From Epiperipatus broadwayi (lineage: Eukaryota > Animalia > Onychophora): a DNA stretch of 64,000 nucleotides. Shown here one piece after another: positions 51,027 to 63,904 of this stretch (its first letter is position 1; every line of letters starts with the position of its first letter). The position numbers and the translations under genes were made by a program. The notes under the pieces are model-generated. The model was not told the origin of the DNA and did not search any database. It saw nothing but the letters and a program-made list of their open reading frames with translations. The stretch is taken from positions 5,766,001 to 5,830,000 of the forward strand of contig JAQFVV010000009.1 of assembly GCA_028023455.1 (NCBI GenBank), in the 5' to 3' direction.

Positions 51027-51362
51027 GTAAACAAAGGCAAAACTCTCCATACAGTAGTGCCACCTTGTGTCAAACAGAGTAATCAATGGATACCAAAAGG
51101 CTTGTGCATAAAATCCCTATCTAGTGCCTACTCATCCAATAAATAGGTTGCTGGAGGGTTGCATTAGATCCTAAGATCTAGCTGCAGTGTTCTCAGATCC
51201 AAGGCTCCTCATTGATGATGGCCACAAGCCAGAAACTAGTCTGGGGATATTGGATGAGTAGGCACTAGATAGGAATTTTATGCACAAGCCTTCTGGCATC
51301 CATTGATTACTCTGTTTGGCACAGGGTGGCACTACTGTATGGAGAGTTTTGCCTTTGTTTAC
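51027..51362. mobile_element. Foldback/MITE family copy 3 (longest, ~105-bp arms)
   Basis: gtaaacaaaggcaaaactctccatacagtagtgccacc... and its near-perfect reverse complement ending gttttgcctttgtttac. Confidence 0.85.
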
Positions 51363-51676
51363 TTCTAATTTTCTAAAACATACTGCTAGGTTTATTTTTC
51401 TTTCTGTATATTTTTAGTAATGTAATAGTGCCCCTCCCCCCCAATTCGAGTAGAAAGATTATTAATTAAATGCAATCTGTTTTTTTTTTAAACTTTTCTA
51501 ATTCGACATTTGCGTTTTAAAATGTTTTTCTTTTGATTTGAAACATCTTGAGTGTAAACAACATGTTTATTAACTGAAGTTACAAAATCAATAACTATTT
51601 TTACATAATTATCCAGGTGTTCTAAAAATGATATATCATACTTAAGAAACACACCCACGCAGTTTAATATTCATAT

Positions 51677-51803
51677 TTAGTGTTTTCCTGAAAGTTTGTG
51701 ATGATGGTATTTTAGTTGTCCTGTACTGTATTTATATATTGGAGTATTTCATCATCTAATATAAGTGTTGAATGTCTTTAGAAAAATTAAACTTTATTTA
51801 AAT
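51677..51803 (-). mobile_element. PLE terminal-region fragment
   Basis: Homologous to 7981-8100 (ttagtgttttcctgaa...ctttatttaaat). Confidence 0.75.
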
Positions 51804-51841
51804 GATTTAATTTTTCTAAAGACATTTAACACTTATAGTAT

Positions 51842-52171
51842 TATCAACAAATTAAAAATCCTTCTCCTTTTTCTTTTCAAAACTTTATTTTCTTATCTCA
51901 ATACTGAACATATATATATATATACTGTATATACAGTATTTATATAATACAAAACTCCAACATTTCAACTGTTTATCTTCATACAGTCATTTTCAAGGAT
52001 ATCTCTCTTCCACTGCTATATTTTATTACTCTTTCTTTTACATTATTTAATTACAAATCAACGTTGAAACATTGGAGTTTTGTATTATATAAATATATAT
52101 ATACTGTATATGTTCAGTATTGAGATAAGAAAATAAAGTTTTTGAAAAGAAGGATTTTTAATTTGTTGATA
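51842..52171. repeat. Inverted repeat with ~120-bp arms
   Basis: atcaacaaattaaaaatccttc...aaaactcca versus tggagttttg...gaaggatttttaatttgttgat. Confidence 0.85.
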
Positions 52172-52419
52172 TTATTGTAGAACATATATACATATTTTAA
52201 AAGAAAAAGTGGATGAACATTTGCTGTGTTATTATATATGATGTATACAGTATTATATATTCAGTAATTATAGATATTTTAAGTGTTTTATGAATAAAAT
52301 ATTGTATGTGTATACAATTACAGCAAAGTCATTACCTGTATACATATTACAATAATATACTTTTGCTTTTGGGTAAAATAAATTTAATATAGCTATCTCT
52401 GATGTCATCAGTGATGCAA

Positions 52420-52665
52420 AATTCAAGATGGCTGCCAAAATTTTTTTATTTTTTCCCGATCGTTTAAGTAAAAAATCGATTGTAATTCGAAGTAGTGGGT
52501 ACAAATTAATGATGATCGCTATTGTGAAATATCGCTAAATAGTCAATCGCTAAGCGGGGTAAAGATGTATATTTTTAATTCTTTTGATGTTAAATAAAGA
52601 AATAAAACCTTTTTATGTCTGAACGTTTTTTTTAGAATTTTAAATAATATATATAAACTATCGAA
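52420..52665. promoter_or_regulatory. CpG-retaining island with a YY1-like motif; candidate promoter or transposon end
   Basis: 10 CpG in ~210 bp against a CpG-depleted background. CAAGATGGCTGCC near 52425-52437. Confidence 0.35.
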
Positions 52666-54099
52666 TTTTCAGTTTTAATTTAATAATTTAACAATGATAT
52701 AATTTACATCTTAGATTTAATAATTTGGTGGTGCAGCAATTTCACAGTAGCTACAGATGAGTTATCCCTAAAAGAAATATTTTCATTTCAATATTCATGA
52801 AACTTGTTAAAAATATTTTTTTATAAGTATATTTATTTACTGAATATTTATAACAAGTGTAAGTTTTTTTATTATATATATATAATGAATAGTACAACTG
52901 TAAAAATAATAGTTTAATAAATTATATATTTCTAATACAATGACATCTGCTACAACTTAATTGGTTCCAGATTCATTACAGGATCTTTTCACCAAAGCAT
53001 ACACTGAAATTCATTTATTTAGAGAGGCACAAAATTATTATCCAACAGAACCACTTGAAAAATATAATACAAAATTTAAAATTGAAGTGTAAAAATAGTA
53101 TGAAATTAATTTATTTAATTTTAAACTGTACACATAATTTTTCTTTAATGAAAACTATACTTGAACTTTCCATAATAAAAACATAAAAAATCTTTTGCAC
53201 ATCAAAAGCATAAACAATCTTTCTTAATATAAATAAATTGAAGTGATATAATTTCCAATTATAATGTTGGAAATATTCATCATTTGATCATTATTGCTCA
53301 TGACAAAAATTGTTTTAAGATTTCTCACTCCTTTAAAGATAAATTTGAAAAGCACAAACAGTACTTTCTTAATGAAATGTATAATTTAACTTTCAAAGAC
53401 ATAAAAAATCTTAAGCAAAAAAAAAAGCATAAACAATTTTCTTCAATATAATCAAATTGACGTAATGTAAATATCAATTATGGTGCTAAAACTGAAAATT
53501 TCTAAAATACTTTGCACATGCATGTGCTGTCAGCCAAGAGTATTCATCATAACATTACACATTCATTAATTTAGCCATTTCGTATTCAGCACTTACATTT
53601 CTGATATTATGTTGTTTGGATTTTTTTTTTTGTCAATGTTAATCAGCTTTCTAATTCTGCTTTCCAAACTCACTAAAATTATTTATATAACAGAATTATT
53701 AAATATATATATACAGTATTTTTGTTATTAAAAGTAGAAATAAACAAGTAAATAAAATACATAGATAACTAAGTTATACAAAACATAAGTAAGATATCTA
53801 CCATTTTAAATATGCCTGATTATTAAATCCCAATTTAGTGAGTAAAACTGTTCATTGTACAATTTAATCACTATAGAAGCATTCATTGTAGCAGGGCTTA
53901 ATTCAATTTGAAATAAAAAAAATTACATCATAAGGCTATAATATATTAAGCTTTTACAGTTCATTTTTATCATTATTATATGACCCCAATTATTCAAAAA
54001 AATTAATTCAGAAATTTGCTAATTATTAATGGGCAAGATCGTTAGATTTATCTAAACATAGAGTTTTCAAATCTTTTGCAATTCAGGTCTGAATTTATT

Positions 54100-55750
54100 T
54101 AAACTTCATTACTCGATATACATTATAGATGTCAATGTTGGATAAATACTAATTTTTTATTGTATTATTTACATGTTTTTCAATTTTAAAAGTTGATTTG
54201 TTAAAATTCCATTCTAATAAAAGTTATTCATCTTGAAAGCAGGATCTTTTTGCATTGGAATTTTCTTTTCTAGGATATAGATAATTATATCATTCTCAAT
54301 TATTATCAGCCAAAGTGGGCTGAAATTCTTTCCAAGTTTAATTTAATCTATCATTTATCTTCTTTACATCACTTCAGAAAACATTTATTCATCTCACACA
54401 GTCTTTTATTCAATTTTAAATAACCTCTTTGTATTTAATTTGTCTGTCTATTGCTGCAATTTCTAGCAGTTATGTCCAGTTCAATTTCAGCCTTTTAATT
54501 CTTTCAACTATTTATTCTTTTATGCATGTATTTCACGTTCTTCTAGTTTCTCTTAACATATATCTCTTCATATTTTGTTACCTGAAGTTTAGAGTATTGC
54601 TCTTTTATTAAGCATCCAAGTCTCACAAATATTTATTAACACTGGAAGAATAAATCTATTAAAAATCTTTTTCAAATATAAAGGCATATTTCCATTTAAT
54701 CAATTCTTGTTTCCACTTGCATTAATATTAGACTAAAAATTTGTTAACTTCTAAGTCATTTTTATTAGTCCTTATTTTCTCACTTTGTGAAAAACCAATA
54801 GCATTTATCTTTAATATTTATCTAACAGCTTTTGTGATATTTCCTAAAGCATTATTAGCAAAAGAAAAAATCCACATCATCTGCAAAATCTGTATTACTT
54901 GAATAATTTTTATTATTTTAATTTCTCATTTTAATCCATAAAATAACTTCTATAAATGAGTTTTAAAATGTTTTGGAGGTGTGTCAGCATCAATCTAATA
55001 ACTGCTGATCTGTTTTGATAAATATTCCTCAGAGTTTTTAATAATATCCTTGGTTTATATTTTAAAATTTTAATCAGTATAGAAATGCTTAAAGAGTCAA
55101 ATGCCTTTTCATAACATACAAAGGCAAAACATAATGGCAATGCATACTTATTTATCCTTTCTGTAAATTTTCTTAATATTTGGATGTGATTTATGCTAAA
55201 TCCATTTTTAAATCCTTATTATTGTTTTGGTTGTTATGAATTCAAAGTGAAATGATTTTAGTAGAGATTTTGTATAGAACTGTCAGAAGATTGATAGGAT
55301 CTATATTTTCTAATATTTCCTTTACTTTTCTTCGATATCAATACCATTACTGCATTTTTCAATCACTTCATACATAATTAACAATTAAACATTTGGTAAC
55401 TTTCCCAATAATTTCTGTTTCTTCACCTGGTCCTTTTAAGAAACTGATAGTAATTTTATCATTTCTTGGAGTTTTTCCATTCTTTCTACATTTAATTTTA
55501 TGTCACATTTCTTCAATTAAAGTACTTTATATTTCAAAAACTACCACCTTGTTTTCTTCTTCTTTATTATTATATAGCACAGTATAGAATTTTTCAACAC
55601 ATTGTCTCTCACTTTAGCAATAGTGTAATTTTTTCTTCTTATTGCTATGTTTTTTCTATAGTTTTCCTTAGCAATTATCAATTATATTTCATTATATCAT
55701 CATTAATTCTTTTTCATAAAATTTACAGAATTCCAGATATTCAATTCTAA
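54100..55750 (-). pseudogene. Degraded RTE-clade LINE RT relic; boundaries approximate
   Basis: ORF 54931-55140 (MPLCFAFVCYEKAFDSL) is homologous to LPLCFGFVDYEKAFDSI at 62348-62737. Confidence 0.65.
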
Positions 55751-56831
55751 ATTAATCATTTTAAAACATTTTCATGTTCCTTTTTTTATTCAGACATAGC
55801 CTTATATCAGTTGAAAATTATTAGAGAAGAAAATTGTTTTTAGTACTGTTTATATGTGCAGCTGACTTTAGTGGAGTATCATTTAATTTTGGTTAGTAAA
55901 TGGGTATTTAGCTATCTTGGGATGATTATGCTTATAATTGCAATGGTTCAAAAAAAAAAAAAAAAAGATACACTAAAAATAAAAGAAAAACACAATTGCA
56001 ATGAAGCCTTCAGCACTGTTGAAGAAGTTATCTAGAATAGATTTTTAAAAAATAATGCACCGACACTTAGGATTTCACATGAAATTCTAGTATCAGAACT
56101 GACAAAATTGAGCCATAACCTATGAACCTTGTACTTTAGAATATGCCCCTCTACCACTGCACTAAACCATGCAGAGTGAGACAGATTGATTTATAATAAA
56201 ATTGGAAATAAATATTTTTTTTCCTTGAAACATATTTTTGAAATTATTGGAAATTGTATCAAAGAACCATTCAATCTGAGTTAGCACATTTTATTAATAT
56301 TTTATACAAAATACTTGGTTCAATTTTTAAAACAAATACATATATTTCTAATAAAACAGCCAACACAAGTGTAATAACAACAATGACAATTATTATTGTG
56401 TATGCATATACAAGAATTGGAAAACAAAGTTTCTCTAAAATTCTTAATAAAAAGGTTAGAACAGTTAACTGATTTTTTGAGCAAGGGATAAAATCAACAA
56501 TATATAAATAAGTTTACTAATGAATATAAGTTATTGGTTGAATTTCTAAAAATAAGGGATGGTTCAGATTGAATATTTAAAATGAAATTATAACAACAGC
56601 TGTGCTAGTACTATTGTGATTAATACTAGTATTAGTTTAACTGCAGTGGTAGTATAATATCCAAATTGGTCAATCAAATAATTATTGATTAAAGAAAAGG
56701 AAAACTCTTAACCATAGTAGTAGTCAATAAAATTGCTTCAATAAAGTAACACTATTAAAGTTTCTTGACACAAAATAATAAGCTTATTTCGCAAGGCATA
56801 TATCAATTGATCCATAATTACCACGTTAGTA

Positions 56832-57058
56832 ATATTGGAGTATTTCCATCATCTAATATTAAGTATTGAATATCTTTAGAAAAATTTAATTTTATTTAAA
56901 TATTCCAATTACATTCAACTATTAGTAACAGCACACAGGAATATTTAAATAAAGTTAAATTTTTATAAAAACACTCAATACTTAATATTAGATGATGGAA
57001 ATAGTCCAATATATAAATACAACTAAAATGCCATCATCACAATCTCTCAGGAAAACAA
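56832..57058. mobile_element. Two PLE terminal-region fragments in inverted orientation, forming a hairpin
   Basis: 56832-56906 is the reverse complement of 56938-57012. Both match 7981-8135. Confidence 0.8.
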
Positions 57059-59470
57059 TAATTACCATGTAATTCTATATGGCACAAATGTGATAATAAA
57101 TATAACTATCAATTCATATATACTGATAGCAATACAAATACAATTGTTAAGATGCAATAAGGCTGTGACCAATTGAATGGAATCTTATTGTTAAATGTTC
57201 TGTGCATTTATATATATATATATATTTGTGCATACTATTAATGTTTTTCTTACACAAACATAATATTACACATGCCTTTTTAACAGAACTATAAAGCTGA
57301 TAATTGTCATACTCATAGTATTATAAGTAGATAATATTGAATATTTTTTTATGTGATAGAGAACTGTTAATTGAAGAACTTGTGAAGTGCATATGATTTC
57401 TTTTGGTCTGATATATATCATTTAAGATCTAATAAAATCGACATGTTAAGAGAAGACATGGAAATAATTTGAAAATCTGTATTGTAATTACAGTATATTT
57501 TTGATTCTTTTTCTCTATATACTAAATCCTGTAAAAAAATTGAGGAGGAGTTGATTTATATGTTTATAACATAAAACTAAATCTAATAATTCTTTATCTT
57601 AATGATTATTAAATACATATCAAAAGACTGATTTCAAGCTGAATAAAAATTAATTTTATTTCAAAATATACATCAAATATATACATATAATTCTCATTAA
57701 TATCAATTTTTTGTACAGTTTAGTTTATTTAATTTGAAGTCTAAAATATTCCTGATATTTTTAGCCTTAAATAAATATTAAGGATATAAAATTAGTATTT
57801 TTTTTTTTTTAAAATAAATATCTTTCCTGGCAAAATATTTTTTTTGATTGTTGAATGCATATAAGGATTACAAACAATGTTGTAATTTCATTTTCTTTAT
57901 TTGTGTTCACCATTGGTAAAAAAATTTAAACAAATTTTAAGAATTTTATCTATTTAATTATTTTGTTCTGATTAATTTCTTAAATTATTTTTACTTAAAT
58001 TGCATATGATTATATTTAACACATTAATTTTGTTTTATTACTATAACTTTTCTCTTAACTCTGTGGCTTGACTTCTGCTGCATTCTAATTAATATAAAAA
58101 CATAAATTTAAAATACAAAGAAGACAATATGTAAAATTTTTAAATAAAAAGGTTTCTAATTTACTGTCAAAGTGCAAGAAAAAAAAAAAAAATCATGTAT
58201 CAAAAAATTATGGCATTCCTTCAAAATAAGATATCAAAGTATTCGAAAACTAAACAAAAAATTTTAGGTACAGTACAAATCTAGTTCTTAAAATGTTCAA
58301 ACTAAAATGCCAAATGTTTATAGAAATCTGCACACAAACTCAAAAAATACTTTAATATGAAAAATTTTCGTTTTGCTATTTTATAAAGTTTGAAAAGAAA
58401 TGCTATAATCAAGCATAAGTATATAAAGTGATATTTTAATAGTTAATTGAGTAAAACAATAATAACAAGAAATATATTGCTTGTTTTAAATGTAAAAAAA
58501 GAAAAAAAAAAGAAATCTTTATTGGAACAAATACTACCAAGTTAAAAAAAAAATATTAAAATAGATTTGTTCAAAACAAATTTATTATGAAGTATGCAAA
58601 TGATTTCATAATTAATTACAAAATGAATAATTATTGGCAGTTAATATAGAGGAGAGTGCTACAATCCTAAAAAAGGATAAAAAATATTATTATGATAATA
58701 ATTTTAAAGTTGTTTTGATTTACAAAATAATTGGAATTCTTAATTGAGTTTCTTTTTTTGTTTTTTGACTTTTATGAAGTATGTAATGATTTCATGAATA
58801 ATTGACATTAGTTCATGTGGGAAGATGGGATCAATCTCTGGGAAATATACAATAAGGAAATAATTTTTGAAAATGTTTATTTAAAAAAAAAAATTATCAA
58901 AAAATTATTATGATAAAAATTTTAACCTTTTTATTTAATATTTTTTGAGTGTAGTGTTGTTATTTTTTTTTTTTTATTAAAGAATAATTGAAACTATTGC
59001 TTAACTGAAATTTTTTTCAGATTTTTTTTGACTACAAATTAAATTAATTATACTATATAATATTAACAAAACATGTGATAAGCATTATTATTTATTGCAC
59101 AATTCTTAAAATTATAATTTCCCGTACACATTAAATACAAATTATTATAACAAGTCAATTATAAAATATATCAAATGACATTCATTATTTACCATATCTT
59201 AAAAAGTGAAATAATTAAGCATAACTTTTTTAACATTTTGGACTTTATTTAAAATAACAATTAGAATGTAATAAACTATTTTACTATTTAAAATTTTGAA
59301 TATAGCAATGGATCTATATTTGTTATATATATTTAATAAAATTATTTGTAATAACATAGACATAGAGTACTAATTAACACCTTATTATACAAAAATTTTC
59401 AAATGCAAACATTTGGAAATTCTCAGATTATTTTAAAAAAATATGTGAAAACTTTGCATAATGATCTTTA

Positions 59471-59578
59471 TTATATCTTTTTCATGGCCAGTTTACAAGT
59501 TGGTAAGACAGCTTTTGACTTTTTTCCAGACTTTGCAACAGGTGTAGCCTTATTCATTAAAATATTTTCCAGTGTTTT
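59471..59578 (-). CDS. Terminal exon of an ALMS-motif protein (ALMS1/CEP295/C10orf90 family)
   Basis: Acceptor ttttAG. Phase-0 frame KTLENILMNKATPVAKSGKKSKAVLPTCKLAMKKI-stop. Joined to the preceding exon by a 69-bp GT-AG intron (59579-59647). Confidence 0.75.
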   Translation of the reverse strand, partial: KTLENILMNKATPVAKSGKKSKAVLPTCKLAMKKI

Positions 59579-59647
59579 CTAAAATTACAAAAGTAACAAT
59601 TAATTTAATGCTACAATCTTTAAATATTATTTTTGTAAGTAACTTAC

Positions 59648-59747
59648 TTGACGAAATGCTTTTGCTTTTTCTCTGTAGAGAGAATACTGCTGTACCCTTT
59701 CTTTTTGTAATCGTTTGTTCTTAACTTCTTCTAGCTGATTATATAGC
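59648..59747 (-). CDS. Penultimate exon of an ALMS-motif protein
   Basis: Strong pyrimidine tract with AG, and a CAA|GTAAGT donor. The frame (R)LYNQLEEVKNKRLQKERVQQYSLYREKAKAFRQ resembles the recalled ALMS motif RIYEQLPEVQKKREEEKRKSEYKSYRLRAQLYKK. Confidence 0.8.
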
Positions 59748-60685
59748 CTAATTGAAAGAGGAAAAAAAATACAATAAAATCATTTCAATCATTACTTTTA
59801 AGATTATTAAAAGTGTAAGATTTCAGTTAAGAATAAATACAGAAAGATTTTAACCATTCATTATTTATCATATGAATAGAATATTTTGTGTTCAATGTTC
59901 AAGTAAATTCTCATTCCGAAAAAAAGATGTTTAGACCAAAACAAATACTTGCATAGCTCTTTTCATAACAGAAGTTATCAATAATAATATATTATATTAG
60001 CTTCTTTTCAATTTTAGGTACAGGTACAACATATGTTTAATAATCTAGCTTTTTACATCAGAGTTCATGAATAAACAGAATTACACTTGATTTAATTCTA
60101 CGTTGATATAAACACAATCACATCATAAATGTGTTCCTCAAATAAACCAATAAATGACAATTTTGACACAATTTTAAAGCTATCTTGATGTTAAAGGAAA
60201 CATGCATAGTATTGGTAATGATAATCAATTAGTTTCATTAGAAGTGTTTAGAAAATTATAATTTAACTTCAAAGCATAAAATAAATGCACAAATTAAGGT
60301 ATTTAAGTTGCCCACTCATCTATACCTCTCATCTTCCTATGTTTTTTTTTAATGTTTACTAATTCTTTCTCGATAAACTTAATAATATTTCAGTGCATGT
60401 TAATGGAATATGTGGCTTTCACTCTATGGCAAAATTGGTAATCATTTTTATGACATAGCAATTGCATAAGTCAAGGATTGCCTGTTTGTATTTTATTATT
60501 ATAAGCCAGAAAAATACACTCTTTAAATTAATAAAAAAAACAAAGAAATAAAAAGATACTTCACAATCAAGATGTGTAAATCAGATATTGTTAGGCAACG
60601 ATTATGGTGTTAGAATAAATTTATTAGTGCAATTTTTGTTATTAATAAAAATTGCTTCTAAAATTATATCAAACATTTAGAAAAC

Positions 60686-60693
60686 ATATATAT

Positions 60694-60732
<39 letters not shown>

Positions 60733-60736
60733 CATA
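60686..60736. repeat. (CA)n/(TA)n microsatellite
   Basis: catatatatacacacacacacacacacacatatatatatatatatatacata, abutting the left TIR of the mariner. Confidence 0.9.
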
Positions 60737-61998
60737 CGAGATGTGACAATTTATTTCCCAGAATGGCTATGTGGTGGTATCTATGACCTAATTGTAACAA
60801 AATCACATGAGTATTCAGTTTGAACATGTTTAAGTTAATACATGTGTAAATTTTAAGCTGATAGAACTAATTATTAGTTAGCTACTGAGAAGATAAATAT
60901 CTGTGCATACAAATGGCTAATTGAAATTTTGAGCAATATATTAATATATTTTGTGTGAAAATTAGTAAATGTGCTACTGAAACATCCCAACTGTTGCAAA
61001 AGACATATGGTGAAAATTCTATGAAGAAAATATGATGGAGTGGCATAAGAGATTCAAAGATAGGCGAGAAGATGTGATAAATGACTCCAGAAGTGGAAAG
61101 CCAAAAACAACAATGACACATTAATATTAATAAGGTATGAGCTGCAATAAGGTTTGATGAACAATTAAGTGTGAGATTGATAGCAGAAGAATTGCAGATT
61201 AATTGACAAACAATAATTTTAAATAAAGAATTGGGCATAAGAAAGATTTCTGTGAAGCTTGTGCTTCAGATTTTGATAGATGAACAGAAATAGTGTCAAT
61301 TTAATGTTGCAATTGATTTTTCTTCAGATGTGCATCTGTTTCTGAGAATAATTACAGATGATGAAACTTGCTGCTTCAATTATGACCCAGAAACAAAACA
61401 TCAGAGCATGCAATGGAAATCCCTGGATTCACCATACCTTAAAAAAGCATGCATGTTGTGCTTGCTGTTTAAAACCATGCTGGTGTGTTTCTTTGATCAC
61501 CAAGAATTTATTGAGCAGGGACAAATAATCAACCACCAATGTTATTTAAAGATAATTCAGAGATTATGAAATTTTTTTCGAAGGAAAAGACCCAAATTAT
61601 GGCTGACAAGTGAATCATTCATCATGACAATGTATAAAGTCATAGTGCACTCATTGTGAGAGACTTTTTTCTATATAAAAAAAAAACAATTACACAACTA
61701 GACCATCATCCTATTCACCTGACTTAACTCCCTGTGATTTTTGGTTATCTCCAAAGTTAAAAACTGCACTGAGAGGATGAAGATTTTCTACTATAACTGA
61801 TATCCAACAGAATGTGAGTCAGCTGCTAAACTGTATTCCTGAAAATGAGTTCCAGATGTACTTCCAGAAGTGAGAATGCAATTTTAATAGGTGTACAGAT
61901 GCACAAGTTGAATACTTTGAAAGCAACAGTTAACATTAATGTACACTTCAAGTATATTTTATAAAGGTGCATTCCGGGAATTAAATTGCCACATGTCA
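60737..61998 (+). mobile_element. Full-length but decayed mariner transposon (1262 bp)
   Basis: TA TSD. ~29-bp TIRs CGAGATGTGACAATTTATTTCCCAGAATG / CATTCCGGGAATTAAATTGCCACATGTCA. Transposase remnants ITDDETCCFNYDPETKHQSMQW, HHDN and HPIHLT/YSPDL-like CDFWL. Confidence 0.92.
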
Positions 61999-62099
61999 TA
62001 TATATGGAGCCATGTTATAAGAAATATAGATTATACTTTAATCAAACAATTCTATAATTCCTAACTTATATATGTGTGTTTAAGAAGTGAGACATGCAA

Positions 62100-63528
62100 T
62101 TAAATATAAGAAGAAAGGAAAGGTTCCAGGTAATGATGGAATTACAATTGATATAATAAAAGAAGCAGGTGAAGAAATGGAATTTTTTTTAGCAAAGTTA
62201 TAAACCAAATGTCTAAAAGATAAAGATGTCCCATTAATATTTAAAAAAGGTGATAAAGAAGATATTAGAAATTACAGACCTATCAGCCTTTTATCAGTTT
62301 TATACACAATTTTTACCACGATAATTACAATTCGTCTACAGAGAACATTGAATTTCCACCAACCAAGAGAACAAGCTGGATTTAAAAGTGGTTTTAGTAC
62401 AGTAGATCATATCCAAGTATTGAGAGAAGTTATAGAAAGGACAAATGAATATGAGTTGCCATTATGTTTTGGATTTGTAGATTATGAAAAGGCATTTGAT
62501 TCTATAAACATTTCTTCAGTGATTAAAGCATTGGATCATCAAGGTATAGATCCACAATATTGTCATATTTTTAAGACTATTTATAAAAATGCAACAGCAA
62601 CAATTAGATTACATAATGATACTGGGAAAGTCAACATTGAGAAAGGTGTAAGACAGGGTGACTCCATATCTCCAAAACTTTTTACAGCAGTGCTGCAAGA
62701 AATATTTTGTGGATTAAAATGGGAAGCTAAGGAATGAAAGTAAATGGAGATTATTTGTCATTTAGATTTTGCAGATGATGTAGTTGTTTTTGCAAATATT
62801 GCTTTAGAGCTTCAGGAAATGTTGCAGGAGTCATCAGATGAAAGTAGAACTAAAAATAAATGTTAAAAAGACTAAAGTAATGTTTAATTGATTTTCTCAA
62901 AATATGAAAATAAAGATCGATTATGATGAATTAGAAGAAGTTAACAGTTACAAATACCTTGGTCAGATTATTAATACATATGGAAACATAATGGATGAAA
63001 TTAATCATAGAATTAAACTTGGTTGGAGTGCTTTTGGTAGAAATAACTTGATACTAAAAGGAATTATGCCTATGTGTTTGAAAAGGAAGTTTTTTTAACA
63101 AATGTGTTTTACCAGTTCTTACTTATGGATCTGAGACTTGGACACTTAATAGAAGAGCAATACAGAGACTTCAGACCACTCAAAGAAGTATGGAGAGATG
63201 CATGTTGGGAGTAACAAGAAGAGATCGAAAACGCAATATATGGGTAAGAGAACAAACAGGTGTTACTGACCTCATTGAAAATATTAAAAGATTGAAGTGG
63301 AGTTGGGTTGGACATATTGCTAAAAGAGATGGTAATAGATGGACAATTGAAATCTTAAACTGGATTCCAAGAGATTGTAAAAGATGCAGAAAGAAACCAC
63401 ATGTTAGATGGATGGATGAAATAAGAAAGTGTGCAGGGGTGATGTGGAGAAGAGAAGCTAAAGATGGGAGATGGATTGAACTTGAAGAGACCTTCATCAT
63501 GCAGTGGATTGATAATGGTTGATGATGA
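62100..63528 (+). mobile_element. 5'-truncated RTE-clade LINE (BovB/RTE-1-like), frameshifted
   Basis: GKVPGNDGIT, NYRPISLL, EQAGFKSGFSTVDHI, DYEKAFD, GVRQGDSISPKLF, RFADD, YKYLG, LKWSWVGH. Ends in a tgatgatgat tail. Confidence 0.92.
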
Positions 63529-63904
63529 TACATATATCAAAGCAGTAAAAAAAATTATTTTAATAGTTAATATAATTATTTACAGTGCTAAATATTTTTA
63601 TGTAATATATGTTGAGATTAACTCTCATGCAACTGTGCAGAGAATGTCTAAAACAATTAGACTGGTTTTGAATATTTTTAATTAACAATTCTTAGATTTC
63701 CCTCATTTTAAACCATGTCAACAATGATATCAAATAATGAAAATACCTAGTATAGATTATTTATATTGCTAAATATTTTTATGTTATATGTCGAGATCAT
63801 GCAATTGTAGATAAATAAAATACCCTCTAACCATAGTATAAAACAATACTTATAGGTAAAAGAGTGAATTTTTTCATCTTTCCCTCCCCTTCATATATCT
63901 AGAG

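Noticed and set aside
56100-56190. Possible tRNA-derived SINE relic on the minus strand (TAGTGCAGTGGTAGAG...GGTTCA)
   Set aside because: Too decayed, and no second copy in the window.
58030-58085. Minus-strand acceptor followed by short frames (NAAEVKPQS-stop)
   Set aside because: No donor or homology support; could be chance.
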